Virus record (IMG/VR): IMGVR_UViG_3300042363_000358
Location: 1-33,813 of that record
Origin: a virus
Lineage: Duplodnaviria > Caudoviricetes
Strand: one strand, 5' to 3'
DNA length: 33,813 bases
Of this stretch, positions 22,751 through 32,289 are shown in pieces (within the stretch, counting starts at the first letter, position 1; each line of letters starts with the position of its first letter). Made by a program: the position numbers and the translations under genes. The notes beneath the pieces are model-generated. The model was not told the origin of the DNA, ran no database searches, and worked only from the letters and a program-made list of their open reading frames with translations.

Positions 22751-24280
22751 CTATTGGGTTCTGCGGGGTTTCTTAAGAAGCTCTTGTTTCCTGGCCTCTT
22801 CTTGTGGAGTTAAAGGAGAAGGAGCGAATGCATTCCTGTAATCGCTATAAGCCTTTTTTTGAGATATTACCTTAGAAACAAGCGGATCATTGATCGATTT
22901 GCCCGAATTCAAATAGAACGTCACTGGATCGGTTTGTTGAACACGATCAATAAACTGAACAGCTCTGTTAAAGAAGTCCTTATCGCTGGGAGTACCAAAC
23001 GAAATGTTCGCGCTTTCCTGCTCTGTGCCGGTAAGAGATGCCCCGAACAGAGTCTTTCTTGGAACCTGCCTAAAACCCTCGTACTCCTGAACCAATGCTC
23101 TAGCCAATTCTCTTTCAGCATCATTTGAGAAGAACTTAGAACCCTTAGAGTTAACTGCATTAGCAATTGTTCCAAAGTTGTTATTTTGGAACTTCTTCAG
23201 CCCTCCAGGTTGTTTTGCTACATCAGCAAGAAGCTTTGCGAAGTTGTTACCGATTTCAAGTGAATCGGAGTATGATCTAACATTTTCCAGTTCTTTATCA
23301 GACAGGCTAGGCCCAAGCCCCATAGCAGCTTGCCACTTAGGGCTATCCGTTATGGTTTTACCGACAAGAGCTGAATCAGCGTACAAAGCCTGAAGATTTT
23401 CAGGCGTGGTTCTCTGTTCAAACGGAAGATTGAGAATACCAATAGTTCGAGTGAACGCATTAGATTGGGCTTCTTTGTTTCGGAGCGTCTTAGTTTTTTC
23501 CACCTCATTGTTTGCTCGCGTAAGAATTGCTTTCGCTGCGGAAGCTGGAAGATTTTGAATATCTGCATCAGACCTTCCTCCAAACGCCTCTAGGCCCGGA
23601 TACTGAGTGTACATATCAATGAGATTGGTTTTATCATCTTCCTGTCTCATTTGAGCCGGAATCTGGCTTCCGGCTTTTAATTCGGCTTGCCGAAGCATCG
23701 AATTAAGCTGTCCAGAGGGTGTTTCAGGAGAAGCTGTAATACCATAGCCAGCAAGCTGCGAAACTAACTTAGGACGCTGAATCTTTTCTTGAACCGCCGC
23801 TTCCGATTCCTTTCCAAGTATGTCGAGATTGGCAGCACCATATCCAGATTGGAACGCTGTATCCTGACGGTTAGTAAGAAGAGCCATTCCTTGAGGCGTT
23901 CTTCCAAGTGCAGTCATAAGAGCCGCTTCCTTACCAATCGCTTGCCGCTTTCTAGCCTCCATTGCTTGAGCCAAAATTTCTTCTTCTGTTGTACCAGGCA
24001 ACACGCCAAGACCCTCTCCAGCCGCTGCCGTTTTAAGCCTTAGCGTGTTCTCCATCATCTTCCGCCTCATGGCCCTATCCTCATCCAAGCTCCTGATATT
24101 CTGCTCCATCAACGCCCGCTTCGCATAGTTCCGATTGCGGATATCCTCGTTGGTCCCGGTGAACTCGCCGGCAATACCTCCGGTGAGCATGGAGAGACCC
24201 TTCATGAAAGGGTTGATGCGCTGATTGGCCTGCCGCTCAAGCATAGCCCTGATGTCCTCGTTTTCTTCTCTGGTAGCCAT
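22751..24280 (-). CDS. Putative ejection/internal virion protein (509 aa)
   Basis: Ala/Gln-rich helical protein; position in the operon. Confidence 0.6.
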   Translation of the reverse strand: MATREENEDIRAMLERQANQRINPFMKGLSMLTGGIAGEFTGTNEDIRNRNYAKRALMEQNIRSLDEDRAMRRKMMENTLRLKTAAAGEGLGVLPGTTEEEILAQAMEARKRQAIGKEAALMTALGRTPQGMALLTNRQDTAFQSGYGAANLDILGKESEAAVQEKIQRPKLVSQLAGYGITASPETPSGQLNSMLRQAELKAGSQIPAQMRQEDDKTNLIDMYTQYPGLEAFGGRSDADIQNLPASAAKAILTRANNEVEKTKTLRNKEAQSNAFTRTIGILNLPFEQRTTPENLQALYADSALVGKTITDSPKWQAAMGLGPSLSDKELENVRSYSDSLEIGNNFAKLLADVAKQPGGLKKFQNNNFGTIANAVNSKGSKFFSNDAERELARALVQEYEGFRQVPRKTLFGASLTGTEQESANISFGTPSDKDFFNRAVQFIDRVQQTDPVTFYLNSGKSINDPLVSKVISQKKAYSDYRNAFAPSPLTPQEEARKQELLKKPRRTQ

Positions 24281-24293
24281 AAGATATTAGTTT

Positions 24294-25721
24294 TTAACCC
24301 TGCAACGACCGCATCGCACCCCGTCTCCTGAACCCGCTCATGGCGGCATTCATGATCTGATCGGGATCGTAGTTGATGTATCGGTACTGGTCCTGCTGCT
24401 GTTGGGAGTTGGCCAGCAAGTCAGCGTAGAGCTTGGCGAAAGGATCGGCCTGACGATCGGGTAGAGGAACCTCCTTGGTTCCCTTGGTGGGGATGACGAC
24501 TTCGCGCCTTACGAGAGGAGTGACTGGCTCCCTAGGGGGAAGGGGGGTTCCGGTGTATGTACCAGTGCCGGGTCTAACTCCGCCACCGGGAGGAGTTGTG
24601 GTCGTGCCACCGCCAGGAGGAGTAGTCGTGGTTCCACCACCGGGAGGGGTGGTTACAACAGGAGGCTTAGTGGTATCTTCGACTGGATTCTTTTCAGAAC
24701 ACTTGCCTCCTACACAATCAAATTGTTGTGTTTTATAATTCCATTTATAACCATTTTGATCAGTAGGAAACACTTCTCCGGTTGGGCTGGTGTAATCTGC
24801 TAACTTATCATCTTTGCCTCTATTACTAGCTATTGTCCAAGGTGAATCCTTAAACTCATCACCCGGCTTAACTTCTGGTTTTGGAACATAACCAGGGGTA
24901 ACATTAGTGGTTCCACCAGGACCAGCCGTTACATCTCCACCAGTGTTATCAAACCCACCTACGCTAGTAGTTGTAGGTTCATCCGCTCCAACAGATTGAT
25001 ATGATTCAACTGGTGTTGGTGTTACTTGAGAAGTTGAAGGCGCGGTGTTGACTCCAAAATTAAACTTCTGAGGTACAACTCCTTTATCCAAATCTTCTTG
25101 AGATACTGAATACGCACTTGGGCGTATAATTGTATCCCTAATATTGTTTCTGTCAGCATAGAGAACATCTCCATTCTCCATTTGCCCGATAGGTATATAA
25201 TCAGGAATCGTTCTTCCCGGGATTGAAACCGGTTCTCCACGAGTCACAACACCTTGAGGAACAGAAGGTGTTTGGCCTGCAAAGTCAGAGGGGTTTGCGT
25301 CAACCACTCCGATTGTGCCACCAAGATCACCTGGCGGAACCAATACGTTTTCACCCTTGATGTATTGCTCCTGATTTTGCGGTGTATACACACCTCCTAT
25401 AAACGCATCCTGCTCATCCGTATTCCCAATGTTGGTTCGTATGGTGGGATTATCGGGTGTAAAATCAATTCCTTCTCCGGTTTTGAAAGTTGAAGGGTTG
25501 CTTAAATCTTGAGGAGCAGCCTGATATTCAAAACCTCCCGTCCTCCAGTTGTATGGAGCTTCTTGTCCATACGGATCTAAACCGTAAAACAAATCACCAA
25601 CCCTGACTCCTGCCATATTGGGGACTAAATCTCCCATCTTGTATCCGGGATATCCCGGGAACTCATCTACGGCATTGGCCTGATTCAGATCTTGAGCCAG
25701 ATTATCGATTGCGTCAGGCAT
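24294..25721 (-). CDS. Pro/Gly/Thr-rich acidic virion-associated protein (475 aa)
   Basis: Low-complexity composition, TTTPPGGG repeats; lies between ejection-type genes. Confidence 0.6.
   Translation of the reverse strand: MPDAIDNLAQDLNQANAVDEFPGYPGYKMGDLVPNMAGVRVGDLFYGLDPYGQEAPYNWRTGGFEYQAAPQDLSNPSTFKTGEGIDFTPDNPTIRTNIGNTDEQDAFIGGVYTPQNQEQYIKGENVLVPPGDLGGTIGVVDANPSDFAGQTPSVPQGVVTRGEPVSIPGRTIPDYIPIGQMENGDVLYADRNNIRDTIIRPSAYSVSQEDLDKGVVPQKFNFGVNTAPSTSQVTPTPVESYQSVGADEPTTTSVGGFDNTGGDVTAGPGGTTNVTPGYVPKPEVKPGDEFKDSPWTIASNRGKDDKLADYTSPTGEVFPTDQNGYKWNYKTQQFDCVGGKCSEKNPVEDTTKPPVVTTPPGGGTTTTPPGGGTTTTPPGGGVRPGTGTYTGTPLPPREPVTPLVRREVVIPTKGTKEVPLPDRQADPFAKLYADLLANSQQQQDQYRYINYDPDQIMNAAMSGFRRRGAMRSLQG
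24578..24657 (-). repeat. 27-bp coding tandem repeat x3 (TTTPPGGG)
   Basis: VVTTPPGGG TTTTPPGGG TTTTPPGGG with divergent third codon positions. Confidence 0.8.
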
Positions 25722-25724
25722 ATA

Positions 25725-27077
25725 TCAGTTTTTGGGGATTATGCTGTTGATTCGAGCTATCATCCAGTTGGCCACAAGCTTCTTTACCTTCGGCTTGTCC
25801 TTGAGCCACTTCGCGAACTTCTCGGCGTTGCTGTCGTAGAAGTTCTTGAACCACTTGGGTCCAACGAGTTCCTTCCAGAAGTAGAACGCCTCCCACTGAT
25901 CGGGAATACACTCGCGAGCGACGAAGCATCCACCAAGCCCGAAGCCCGCGTAGGATGATCCAAGGTTTCCGATCGCACCAGCATACCCCTTAAACTGATT
26001 CATGAAGGAGTTCGCTTGATCGGACTCGTATTGGTTCTGAGCGTTGGTCAGAGCAAAGCCGGTGCCCATCTTCATCAGGTCTCCAGGGCTAGATAGCTGC
26101 ATTCCCTGAGTATACTGAGGAGTGATGAACGGAGAAGCACCCTGCTGAAGACCACCTAGCTGGGCAGCTTGAGAGGATACGGGCTGGAGTCCTAGGGCGG
26201 ACTGGACGTTGGCGATGTTCTGCTGGCGACCGGACAACATCTGCTGTTGAGAAGTAAGCTGACCTGCAAAGCTCTGTTGTGCCGCGGTGTTCCGCTGGCC
26301 GGTGGCCGCGAGGATGTTCTGGAAGGCTTCCTGAGCGTTCCGATTGGCGGTGTCGCTTGTGCTTTGACCGCTCTGAAGCAATCCCATTGCAGCGTTCCAG
26401 CGTTGAGAATTGGCGTTACCAAGAGCGTCTTGAATTGCAAGCGACTCACGAAGAGCCGAAGGATTGCCAAGAACATTGCCAATGGAACTTCCGCGAGCGC
26501 GAGCGGCCTGTTGGACCCGTCGCTCCATGCTTGGATCGAGAGTTCCAACCTGAGAAAGACCCTGCTGGATCTGACGCTCAAGCTCACTGCGAATCAACTG
26601 AGAAGCCCCTGTATCCTGTTGGGCACCAGGCATTCCAACCCTCTCGTAGGTAGGCGATTCTACCCGCGTATCCGGAGCGGCGGCATCACCCTTAACATCG
26701 CTGAGGAATTGCTCGTAGAGATCGAACTTCCGAGGATCAAGAGCCTCTAGCTCGTTTCGACGTTGTTGGGCAAACTGCGTTCCATACTGCTTCGCAAGAT
26801 CAAGCTGTTTGCCAGTAAGCTCAGGGGCAATTGCAGCAGCAGCCCTTGCAAATGTTTCAGCTATCTGAACATCACCAATTGGCTTGTAGCCAATGATATT
26901 ACCAGCTTTATCTTTTTGAGCACCGCTAAAATCGTATTCCTTTCCGTCATAAGTAACGGATGTTCCAAGCCTAGCGGCTGCATCTAATGCCCTTAGCTTT
27001 GGATACGTTTCAGCTTGGGCTTCTACAGCCTCTCTGTTAGCGGCTGCTAAATTCGGTGCCTCATATGATGCGCCCAT
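25725..27077 (-). CDS. Putative DNA transfer/pilot protein with C-terminal GCFVARE domain
   Basis: Q/A/G-rich body; ends GGCFVAREC...W..F..W...PKWFKNFY...EKFAKWL. Confidence 0.65.
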   Translation of the reverse strand: MGASYEAPNLAAANREAVEAQAETYPKLRALDAAARLGTSVTYDGKEYDFSGAQKDKAGNIIGYKPIGDVQIAETFARAAAAIAPELTGKQLDLAKQYGTQFAQQRRNELEALDPRKFDLYEQFLSDVKGDAAAPDTRVESPTYERVGMPGAQQDTGASQLIRSELERQIQQGLSQVGTLDPSMERRVQQAARARGSSIGNVLGNPSALRESLAIQDALGNANSQRWNAAMGLLQSGQSTSDTANRNAQEAFQNILAATGQRNTAAQQSFAGQLTSQQQMLSGRQQNIANVQSALGLQPVSSQAAQLGGLQQGASPFITPQYTQGMQLSSPGDLMKMGTGFALTNAQNQYESDQANSFMNQFKGYAGAIGNLGSSYAGFGLGGCFVARECIPDQWEAFYFWKELVGPKWFKNFYDSNAEKFAKWLKDKPKVKKLVANWMIARINSIIPKN

Positions 27078-27489
27078 AGGAAATCCTTTCGTTCATAATC
27101 AGTTTGAAGTACCTGTCAAAATCGTACAATCGGTTAATGCCTTTTCTTAAACCACCCAGCTTGGTGACGTTTTTAGAGCACAACCGCATCATGGCCAACC
27201 AAAGGGTTTGAACCGCATACGGCTCGGTGCCAATGGCAATCTCGATCCACGCGATGTGACCTTCTGGGAAGTTGTTGTTGAGATCCTCGGATTCCTCAAT
27301 GGAGTTTAGAAACCGAACAGCTCCAACACCGACACACTTTCCTTCATCGTTCTTCACAATGCCAAACAGTTTCTTGGAACTAAAGATTCCAATCCAGTTG
27401 AGGATCTGATCCTCAGTCCATGACGAGCAGGTTGGCCAATGCTCTCGCAGTAGCTTGGCCGCTTCGATGTTTGTTGGATGCGCGGTCAT
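27061..27489 (-). CDS. Hypothetical protein, possibly GNAT-fold virion assembly factor
   Basis: Follows tail tube B, as T7 gp13-like genes do; IVKNDEGKCVGVGAVR, IAWIEIAI. Confidence 0.55.
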   Translation of the reverse strand: MTAHPTNIEAAKLLREHWPTCSSWTEDQILNWIGIFSSKKLFGIVKNDEGKCVGVGAVRFLNSIEESEDLNNNFPEGHIAWIEIAIGTEPYAVQTLWLAMMRLCSKNVTKLGGLRKGINRLYDFDRYFKLIMNERISYGRII

Positions 27490-29444
27490 TGCTGAGGACG
27501 CACAGAATCAACGAATCCAGAGAGAATGGTGGATTGCAGAGACAAGCGACCAGCGTCTGCGGTTACCTTGAATTGCAAAGTATTCCAGCGGCCTTGGCTT
27601 ATTAGGTTGTAAGCCTTCAGGAACTTCTGGCTTGAGGTGATTGCCAGCGCGGAATCGAGCGTCACGAATGTGTCCGACATATCCTTGGCCAACGACACTT
27701 CGGCGGTCGTGGTGGCGGTGGTGTACGGGTTGTCAAAGGCGAACTGAACGCTGTACCCGATCTTGTCGGGGATAGGTTCGTTGAGGTTGTAAGCCTTGGT
27801 GATCACCGTGGATTCGTAATTCGCACCCCCATCGGTGTATGCGGAGCTTGAGACCGGATTCAGTCGGCTGTTCGGGAGGTAATCGTTGAATGACCAGACC
27901 TGGCCCGCTCCCGCTGATACCGAGACGATATCGCCGGCAAACATGAGGACGGGTCCAAATGTTGAAAATGAGGTTGGGATGAAGTCGTTAACAATCCAGT
28001 TGTCCCAGTAACCAAGCCAAGAGCGGGCCAATGAGTGGTAGACGATGACCGCGTTGTTCTCGTTGAGCGCACCTTCGAGGGCGATATCGAGGCTGTTCTC
28101 GGTCAGGAGCGCGTACTCGCTTTCGATTCCAAGGATCGCTGGTTCATCGGCAACGAACGGAACCGCCAACAGATAGCGGTTGTTCCAGAATACACCGTCG
28201 CAGAGATCGAGCTTGGTCTTGTCGATTCGACTGATGAGGTCGTTGATCGGGCTGGAGAGCGCGAGACCTACGCTAGTCTGGGTACCAGCTTGGATCTGCT
28301 GGAGAGATCGGATGCCGTCGCGGGAGAAGAAGAATACGTCAGGACCAACCGCGGTGATGGACCGGTGCGATGAGCATCCGATATTGCCGCTGATGAGTGA
28401 TATGGTCCAATCGGCAGCATCCTGCGTAGGATCGGCATTTACGCTCCAAATAGAGCGTTCCTTGAAGACGATGAGTTGATAACCGAACCAAGAGTAGAGG
28501 CCCTTGATGGGATCGCCATCGCCACCGATACGAAGAGACCCGAGAGGATCCCAAGATTCGCCATCGAGGATATCCGAGAAGTAGAGGGTATCGGGCTGGA
28601 TGGATGTATCCGCGGAAACTGCGAACAACCGATTGGTATGGGTGGTTAGATAGATCGGCTTGGCAGGAGGCGTGAGCGATACAAAGGCTACGGCGTGAGA
28701 TGAATGAGCCGGAGAAATAGTAATCGCTGGAGCGGTCGTATAGCCGCTTCCAGGATTGGTGATCGTTATGAATACGAGATTACCATCGTTAGCAACAACT
28801 GCAGTGGCCGTAGCCGTGATGCCGCTGGGAGGGGCTGCAACGGTTATCGTTGGAATCGACGAATGGTTGGTCCCCTGATTGATGATATCGATGCGGCTGA
28901 TCTTGCCGGCTGCGGTGGAGCTGTCGAGGTTCGCGCTTGAGACGTATTTCAGCGTTCCGAGACCGTCCGAATAAAACAATTTGTCATTTAATTGAGCAAA
29001 ATAGACGTAGGAAGCGGAAGCGTTGAGCGTTGATCCAGAAATCAGGTTGTAGGAAACGCCGGGTGACCCGTAGTAGAGGCTCTTGGTGGAGGTGCTAAGG
29101 TCATTAACAGCGATGACGAGGCGTTCAGATGCGGCTGTGTCGAAGTAAAAACCGGACAATACCGTCGCGTTGATGGGGAGATTGCTGCCGAAGTTGGAAG
29201 TCGTTGACTCCCAGTTGGTGATGATGTCCTCCCAATTTCCGGTGATGCTGTTGCCTGCCAGTGAAACGGCTCCTAGACGGGTGACGAGATTGCCGAAGTC
29301 GTCATAGTCCATGTTGATGGCCGATTCCATGCTGGTTGCAGGAATGCCATCGGGACGAGTGGCTGAAATTACGCCGGTCGAAAACCCAGTGCTTCCATCC
29401 AGAAGCATCTGGTCATCGAGAGCATCTGAGGATTGGAATGGCAT
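27486..29444 (-). CDS. Tail tubular protein B / stabilisation protein (beta-propeller nozzle)
   Basis: AINMDYD..GNL.TR.G, HTNRLF, LYFSD, LIVFKERSIW, IGCSSHRSI, FFFSRDGI. Confidence 0.78.
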   Translation of the reverse strand: MPFQSSDALDDQMLLDGSTGFSTGVISATRPDGIPATSMESAINMDYDDFGNLVTRLGAVSLAGNSITGNWEDIITNWESTTSNFGSNLPINATVLSGFYFDTAASERLVIAVNDLSTSTKSLYYGSPGVSYNLISGSTLNASASYVYFAQLNDKLFYSDGLGTLKYVSSANLDSSTAAGKISRIDIINQGTNHSSIPTITVAAPPSGITATATAVVANDGNLVFITITNPGSGYTTAPAITISPAHSSHAVAFVSLTPPAKPIYLTTHTNRLFAVSADTSIQPDTLYFSDILDGESWDPLGSLRIGGDGDPIKGLYSWFGYQLIVFKERSIWSVNADPTQDAADWTISLISGNIGCSSHRSITAVGPDVFFFSRDGIRSLQQIQAGTQTSVGLALSSPINDLISRIDKTKLDLCDGVFWNNRYLLAVPFVADEPAILGIESEYALLTENSLDIALEGALNENNAVIVYHSLARSWLGYWDNWIVNDFIPTSFSTFGPVLMFAGDIVSVSAGAGQVWSFNDYLPNSRLNPVSSSAYTDGGANYESTVITKAYNLNEPIPDKIGYSVQFAFDNPYTTATTTAEVSLAKDMSDTFVTLDSALAITSSQKFLKAYNLISQGRWNTLQFKVTADAGRLSLQSTILSGFVDSVRPQQ

Positions 29445-29450
29445 GGCGGA

Positions 29451-30212
29451 TTACAGGATGTCTTGGAACGTGTAATCGTACAAGCTATCTGGGATGATGC
29501 GGCTGATTTGCTGTTGTTGGCCGCGTTCCATGTCTTTCATGATTGCGACCTGAGCGGCTCCTTCTTGGAACTTGGCTTGGGCTTTGCCGTACTGCCGAGA
29601 GTATTCGAGGAGATCGCCTTCAGTGTAGGCCATTAGAGCGTTCTCTACGCCTCGCAGCTCGAAGTTGGTATCGTTGGAGATGGTGACCGCCTCACCGAAC
29701 TGCCGCATCTGCGACTGTTTCTTGGCGAGGATGAACAGGGTGCCATCGGCGTTGGGCGTGGGAACGAGCTTGATGCGCGGAACACCGGCCTCGCCATAAG
29801 CTCCACCGATCAATCGGGTCCAGTTAACGAAGTTGCCGGGGGTGGATTTACGGCTATCGACGTTGTTCCAGGTATTGGGATCGAGCTGGAAGAACGAGAC
29901 CCATTCCGCGGCGGGCACTTCGATGCCATCGGTATCTCCGGTGACCGTGAAGCGGATGGCTACGGGGAAGTCGATGAAGGTGTTGTAACCGGTACCTGAA
30001 GCGTAAGCGGAGGCGACGTAATCAGAGAGGGTGACGATCTCAGTGCCGGCGGTTACCGGATGAGAGATAATGCCGAGGGTATCGTTCCACAGGCAGGAAT
30101 CCCAGATCATCGAGTAGCGGCGGATACAGAACTTCTTGGCCAACGCGATGGTGGCCGAGTCTGTGAACGACAGCTTGTCGCAAGCCGCCTGAGCCGCTTC
30201 GGAGGGTTTCAT
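29451..30212 (-). CDS. Tail tubular protein A / head-tail adaptor
   Basis: 253 aa upstream of tube B; IKLVPTPNADGTL motif and helical termini. Confidence 0.65.
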   Translation of the reverse strand: MKPSEAAQAACDKLSFTDSATIALAKKFCIRRYSMIWDSCLWNDTLGIISHPVTAGTEIVTLSDYVASAYASGTGYNTFIDFPVAIRFTVTGDTDGIEVPAAEWVSFFQLDPNTWNNVDSRKSTPGNFVNWTRLIGGAYGEAGVPRIKLVPTPNADGTLFILAKKQSQMRQFGEAVTISNDTNFELRGVENALMAYTEGDLLEYSRQYGKAQAKFQEGAAQVAIMKDMERGQQQQISRIIPDSLYDYTFQDIL

Positions 30213-31489
30213 GCGAAGTATTCTTGCAAGATCATTGAGGAGCTGGTGCGGGCAAGGCTGTCAGCGTTAACTCCATTAGTAACATCTTGTAATGTTCTAT
30301 TTACCCATATTGATGGGAAATTCGTTGGACCAGTGGCGTACAAGTGAATCTTGTAAGTAACAGCGGATGCGGATGCCGGTGAATCAAGAATCTGGATGAA
30401 TTGACTAGTGAAAACACTTCCACTAGTAGATCCAGTGCTATTTAAAGGAGCAATGCCGTACAACAATGAGCCTACGTTATTTGAGCCAATTTCCGTTCCA
30501 TTACGAGTTATTCTAAATGCTCCGTAGCTTGGGTTTCCACTAACTCCAAGGTTGATAGCTATAGTAACCAACACCGTTGAGGCTGTGGATCTAGGAGTAA
30601 TCGATGTGGTAAGCACCGTTATCTCAGTTCCTGATCCAGCACTTGTGGCAACAAACGGACTTCCTCCAGCGGTGGAGTCTTGATAGAGAGTTTGTTTTAC
30701 TTGAGGAGCAGTTGTCGCACTTATCCCCAACGAACTGGCGGGAACAACCTTAACCTTGCTAGAATCGTTTGCGTCAGTGATCAGCACCTTGTCGGCGGCA
30801 AGATCTATTGTAGCACTAAGTATATTTGGAACCGTGATCTGATCTGAAAGAATAACTACAAGATCTGCCGGTGCGCTTCCAAGCGTTGTGTCTCCGTTAA
30901 CGGTTAGGTTTGCCGCCAGCGTTGCATTGCCGGTTACCCCAAGAGTCGTTCCCACTGTGGCCGCTCCCGTAACAACAGCACTGGCCAACGTAGAGACTCC
31001 AGTGACTCCGAGAGTAGTCCCAACGGTAGCGGCTCCGGTTACGCCAACGCTTGCTAGTGTGCTTGCTCCGGTTACCCCGAGGGTACCGGTAACAGCGGTG
31101 GCACCGGTCAGGGTGGAGGTTCCAGTAACTGCGAGGTTTCCCGGTACCGTGAGGTTGCCGGTGAGCGTGGTTGCTCCGGTAACATTGAGCGCACCGCCTA
31201 TGGTCGCTGCACCGCTCGTAATGAGGCTTGAAAGATTGGTAGCCCCGGTGACAGCCAAAGTACCCGCAACAGCCGTGTTGCCGCTTGCAGAAGCCACTGT
31301 GAGCTTGTTAGTGGCTACGCTGAAATCTCCGGTGGTATTGACTGCGGCGTTGGAGACTTGGAGTGCGGAGTCATTGCCGCTGCCGTCGCTGATGGCTTTG
31401 AGCGATGCGCCTACGGTGGAGTTGTCGGAGTTCTTGAGTAGGCCAGTGTAGGTCGATGCAACGCTACTGCCTGTGAGTGGTGTTCCCAT
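30209..31489 (-). CDS. Tail fibre/spike protein
   Basis: Repeated TL(G/A)VTGA(T/S)TL units, followed by ITPRSTASTVLV...ILDSPASASAVTYKI...SSSMILQE C-terminal domain. Confidence 0.78.
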   Translation of the reverse strand: MGTPLTGSSVASTYTGLLKNSDNSTVGASLKAISDGSGNDSALQVSNAAVNTTGDFSVATNKLTVASASGNTAVAGTLAVTGATNLSSLITSGAATIGGALNVTGATTLTGNLTVPGNLAVTGTSTLTGATAVTGTLGVTGASTLASVGVTGAATVGTTLGVTGVSTLASAVVTGAATVGTTLGVTGNATLAANLTVNGDTTLGSAPADLVVILSDQITVPNILSATIDLAADKVLITDANDSSKVKVVPASSLGISATTAPQVKQTLYQDSTAGGSPFVATSAGSGTEITVLTTSITPRSTASTVLVTIAINLGVSGNPSYGAFRITRNGTEIGSNNVGSLLYGIAPLNSTGSTSGSVFTSQFIQILDSPASASAVTYKIHLYATGPTNFPSIWVNRTLQDVTNGVNADSLARTSSSMILQEYFA

Positions 31490-31490
31490 A

Positions 31491-31685
31491 TCAGTTCTTC
31501 GGTAAAACGTACCAACCTGCCGGCAAGACCACCTTGGATGGTCCCACCAGCTTCTTATCTTTGTCGAATCCGTAGACGCTGGCCTTCACCGGCTTGGCCA
31601 GCATCACCGGATCACCGCTTGGCACTAGGACCACCCGTGTCATCTGGCAACCCAGGCAGATCGGCAACACGAGCAGCCAGATCAT
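31491..31685 (-). CDS. Putative lipoprotein / o-spanin (Rz1-like)
   Basis: MIWLLVLPICLGC lipobox-like signal; overlaps the upstream ORF in another frame; lies in the lysis cluster. Confidence 0.55.
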   Translation of the reverse strand: MIWLLVLPICLGCQMTRVVLVPSGDPVMLAKPVKASVYGFDKDKKLVGPSKVVLPAGWYVLPKN

Positions 31686-31785
31686 CCTTGAGGGGTTGAG
31701 GTGCTTTGCCGTGTTGAACATCGGTAGGTGGTGTTGCTCTTAGAAAGTCGAGAACAGCTCGCAGGATCTGGTAGATCCAGTTCAC
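31612..31785 (-). CDS. Small protein, possible i-spanin (Rz-like, 57 aa)
   Basis: Translated by hand: VNWIYQILRAVLDFLRATPPTDVQHGKAPQPLKDDLAARVADLPGLPDDTGGPSAKR*; GTGA coupling to the holin. Confidence 0.45.
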   Translation of the reverse strand: MNWIYQILRAVLDFLRATPPTDVQHGKAPQPLKDDLAARVADLPGLPDDTGGPSAKR

Positions 31786-31973
31786 GCCTTGGGAGCTTCG
31801 GCTTCCTTGGCATCCTTGGCCATTATAAGACCGATTCCGGCGGTCACCGCTGCAATGGTCGAGGCGATGTCAATGTTGGTGCTGGGATCACCGTCGAAGG
31901 CAGCCCGAAGGGCACCACCAACAGCAACAAGGATAGCACCAACACCAGCGAGAGTTGTTTTCGTGTTTTTCAT
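31782..31973 (-). CDS. Holin-like two-TM protein
   Basis: KNTKTTLAGVGAILVAVGG...IAAVTAGIGLIMAKD. Confidence 0.7.
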   Translation of the reverse strand: MKNTKTTLAGVGAILVAVGGALRAAFDGDPSTNIDIASTIAAVTAGIGLIMAKDAKEAEAPKA

Positions 31974-32140
31974 TTAGAGCGGAATAATCGAAACGCGGCG
32001 TAACAGGCGCAAAGTAAGCCAATCAGCGCGGTGATAAGGCGAACCCAGTCAGTGAGGGCTGGAATAAACGAAACAGCGGTGGCACCTGCCGCTGCTGCTA
32101 GGGATAGTCCAGGGCTGGTGCTGCTGTTCGTTGGTTCCAT
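31970..32140 (-). CDS. Small membrane protein (56 aa), holin-like
   Basis: Translated by hand: MEPTNSSTSPGLSLAAAAGATAVSFIPALTDWVRLITALIGLLCACYAAFRLFRSK*; coupled at both ends. Confidence 0.6.
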   Translation of the reverse strand: MEPTNSSTSPGLSLAAAAGATAVSFIPALTDWVRLITALIGLLCACYAAFRLFRSK

Positions 32141-32289
32141 TACTCGGATTTAGGCTGTGCGGCTGCGACTATGAGGTCCACAAGCGGAAGGGCTGCACGG
32201 GCGTTAGCAACGCCACCAGCCTTAACCGCAATGTCGATGAGTTGGAGGAGGCTGTTGGCCTGCTCCTGAGTGAGTTCGATGGTAATCAT
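32140..32289 (-). CDS. Small hypothetical protein (49 aa)
   Basis: Translated by hand: MITIELTQEQANSLLQLIDIAVKAGGVANARAALPLVDLIVAAAQPKSE*; ATGA and TAATG coupling. Confidence 0.65.
   Translation of the reverse strand: MITIELTQEQANSLLQLIDIAVKAGGVANARAALPLVDLIVAAAQPKSE

Noticed and set aside
30888-31451. 187-aa plus-strand ORF in the tail fibre
   Set aside because: Antisense mirror of the Thr/Gly/Val repeats
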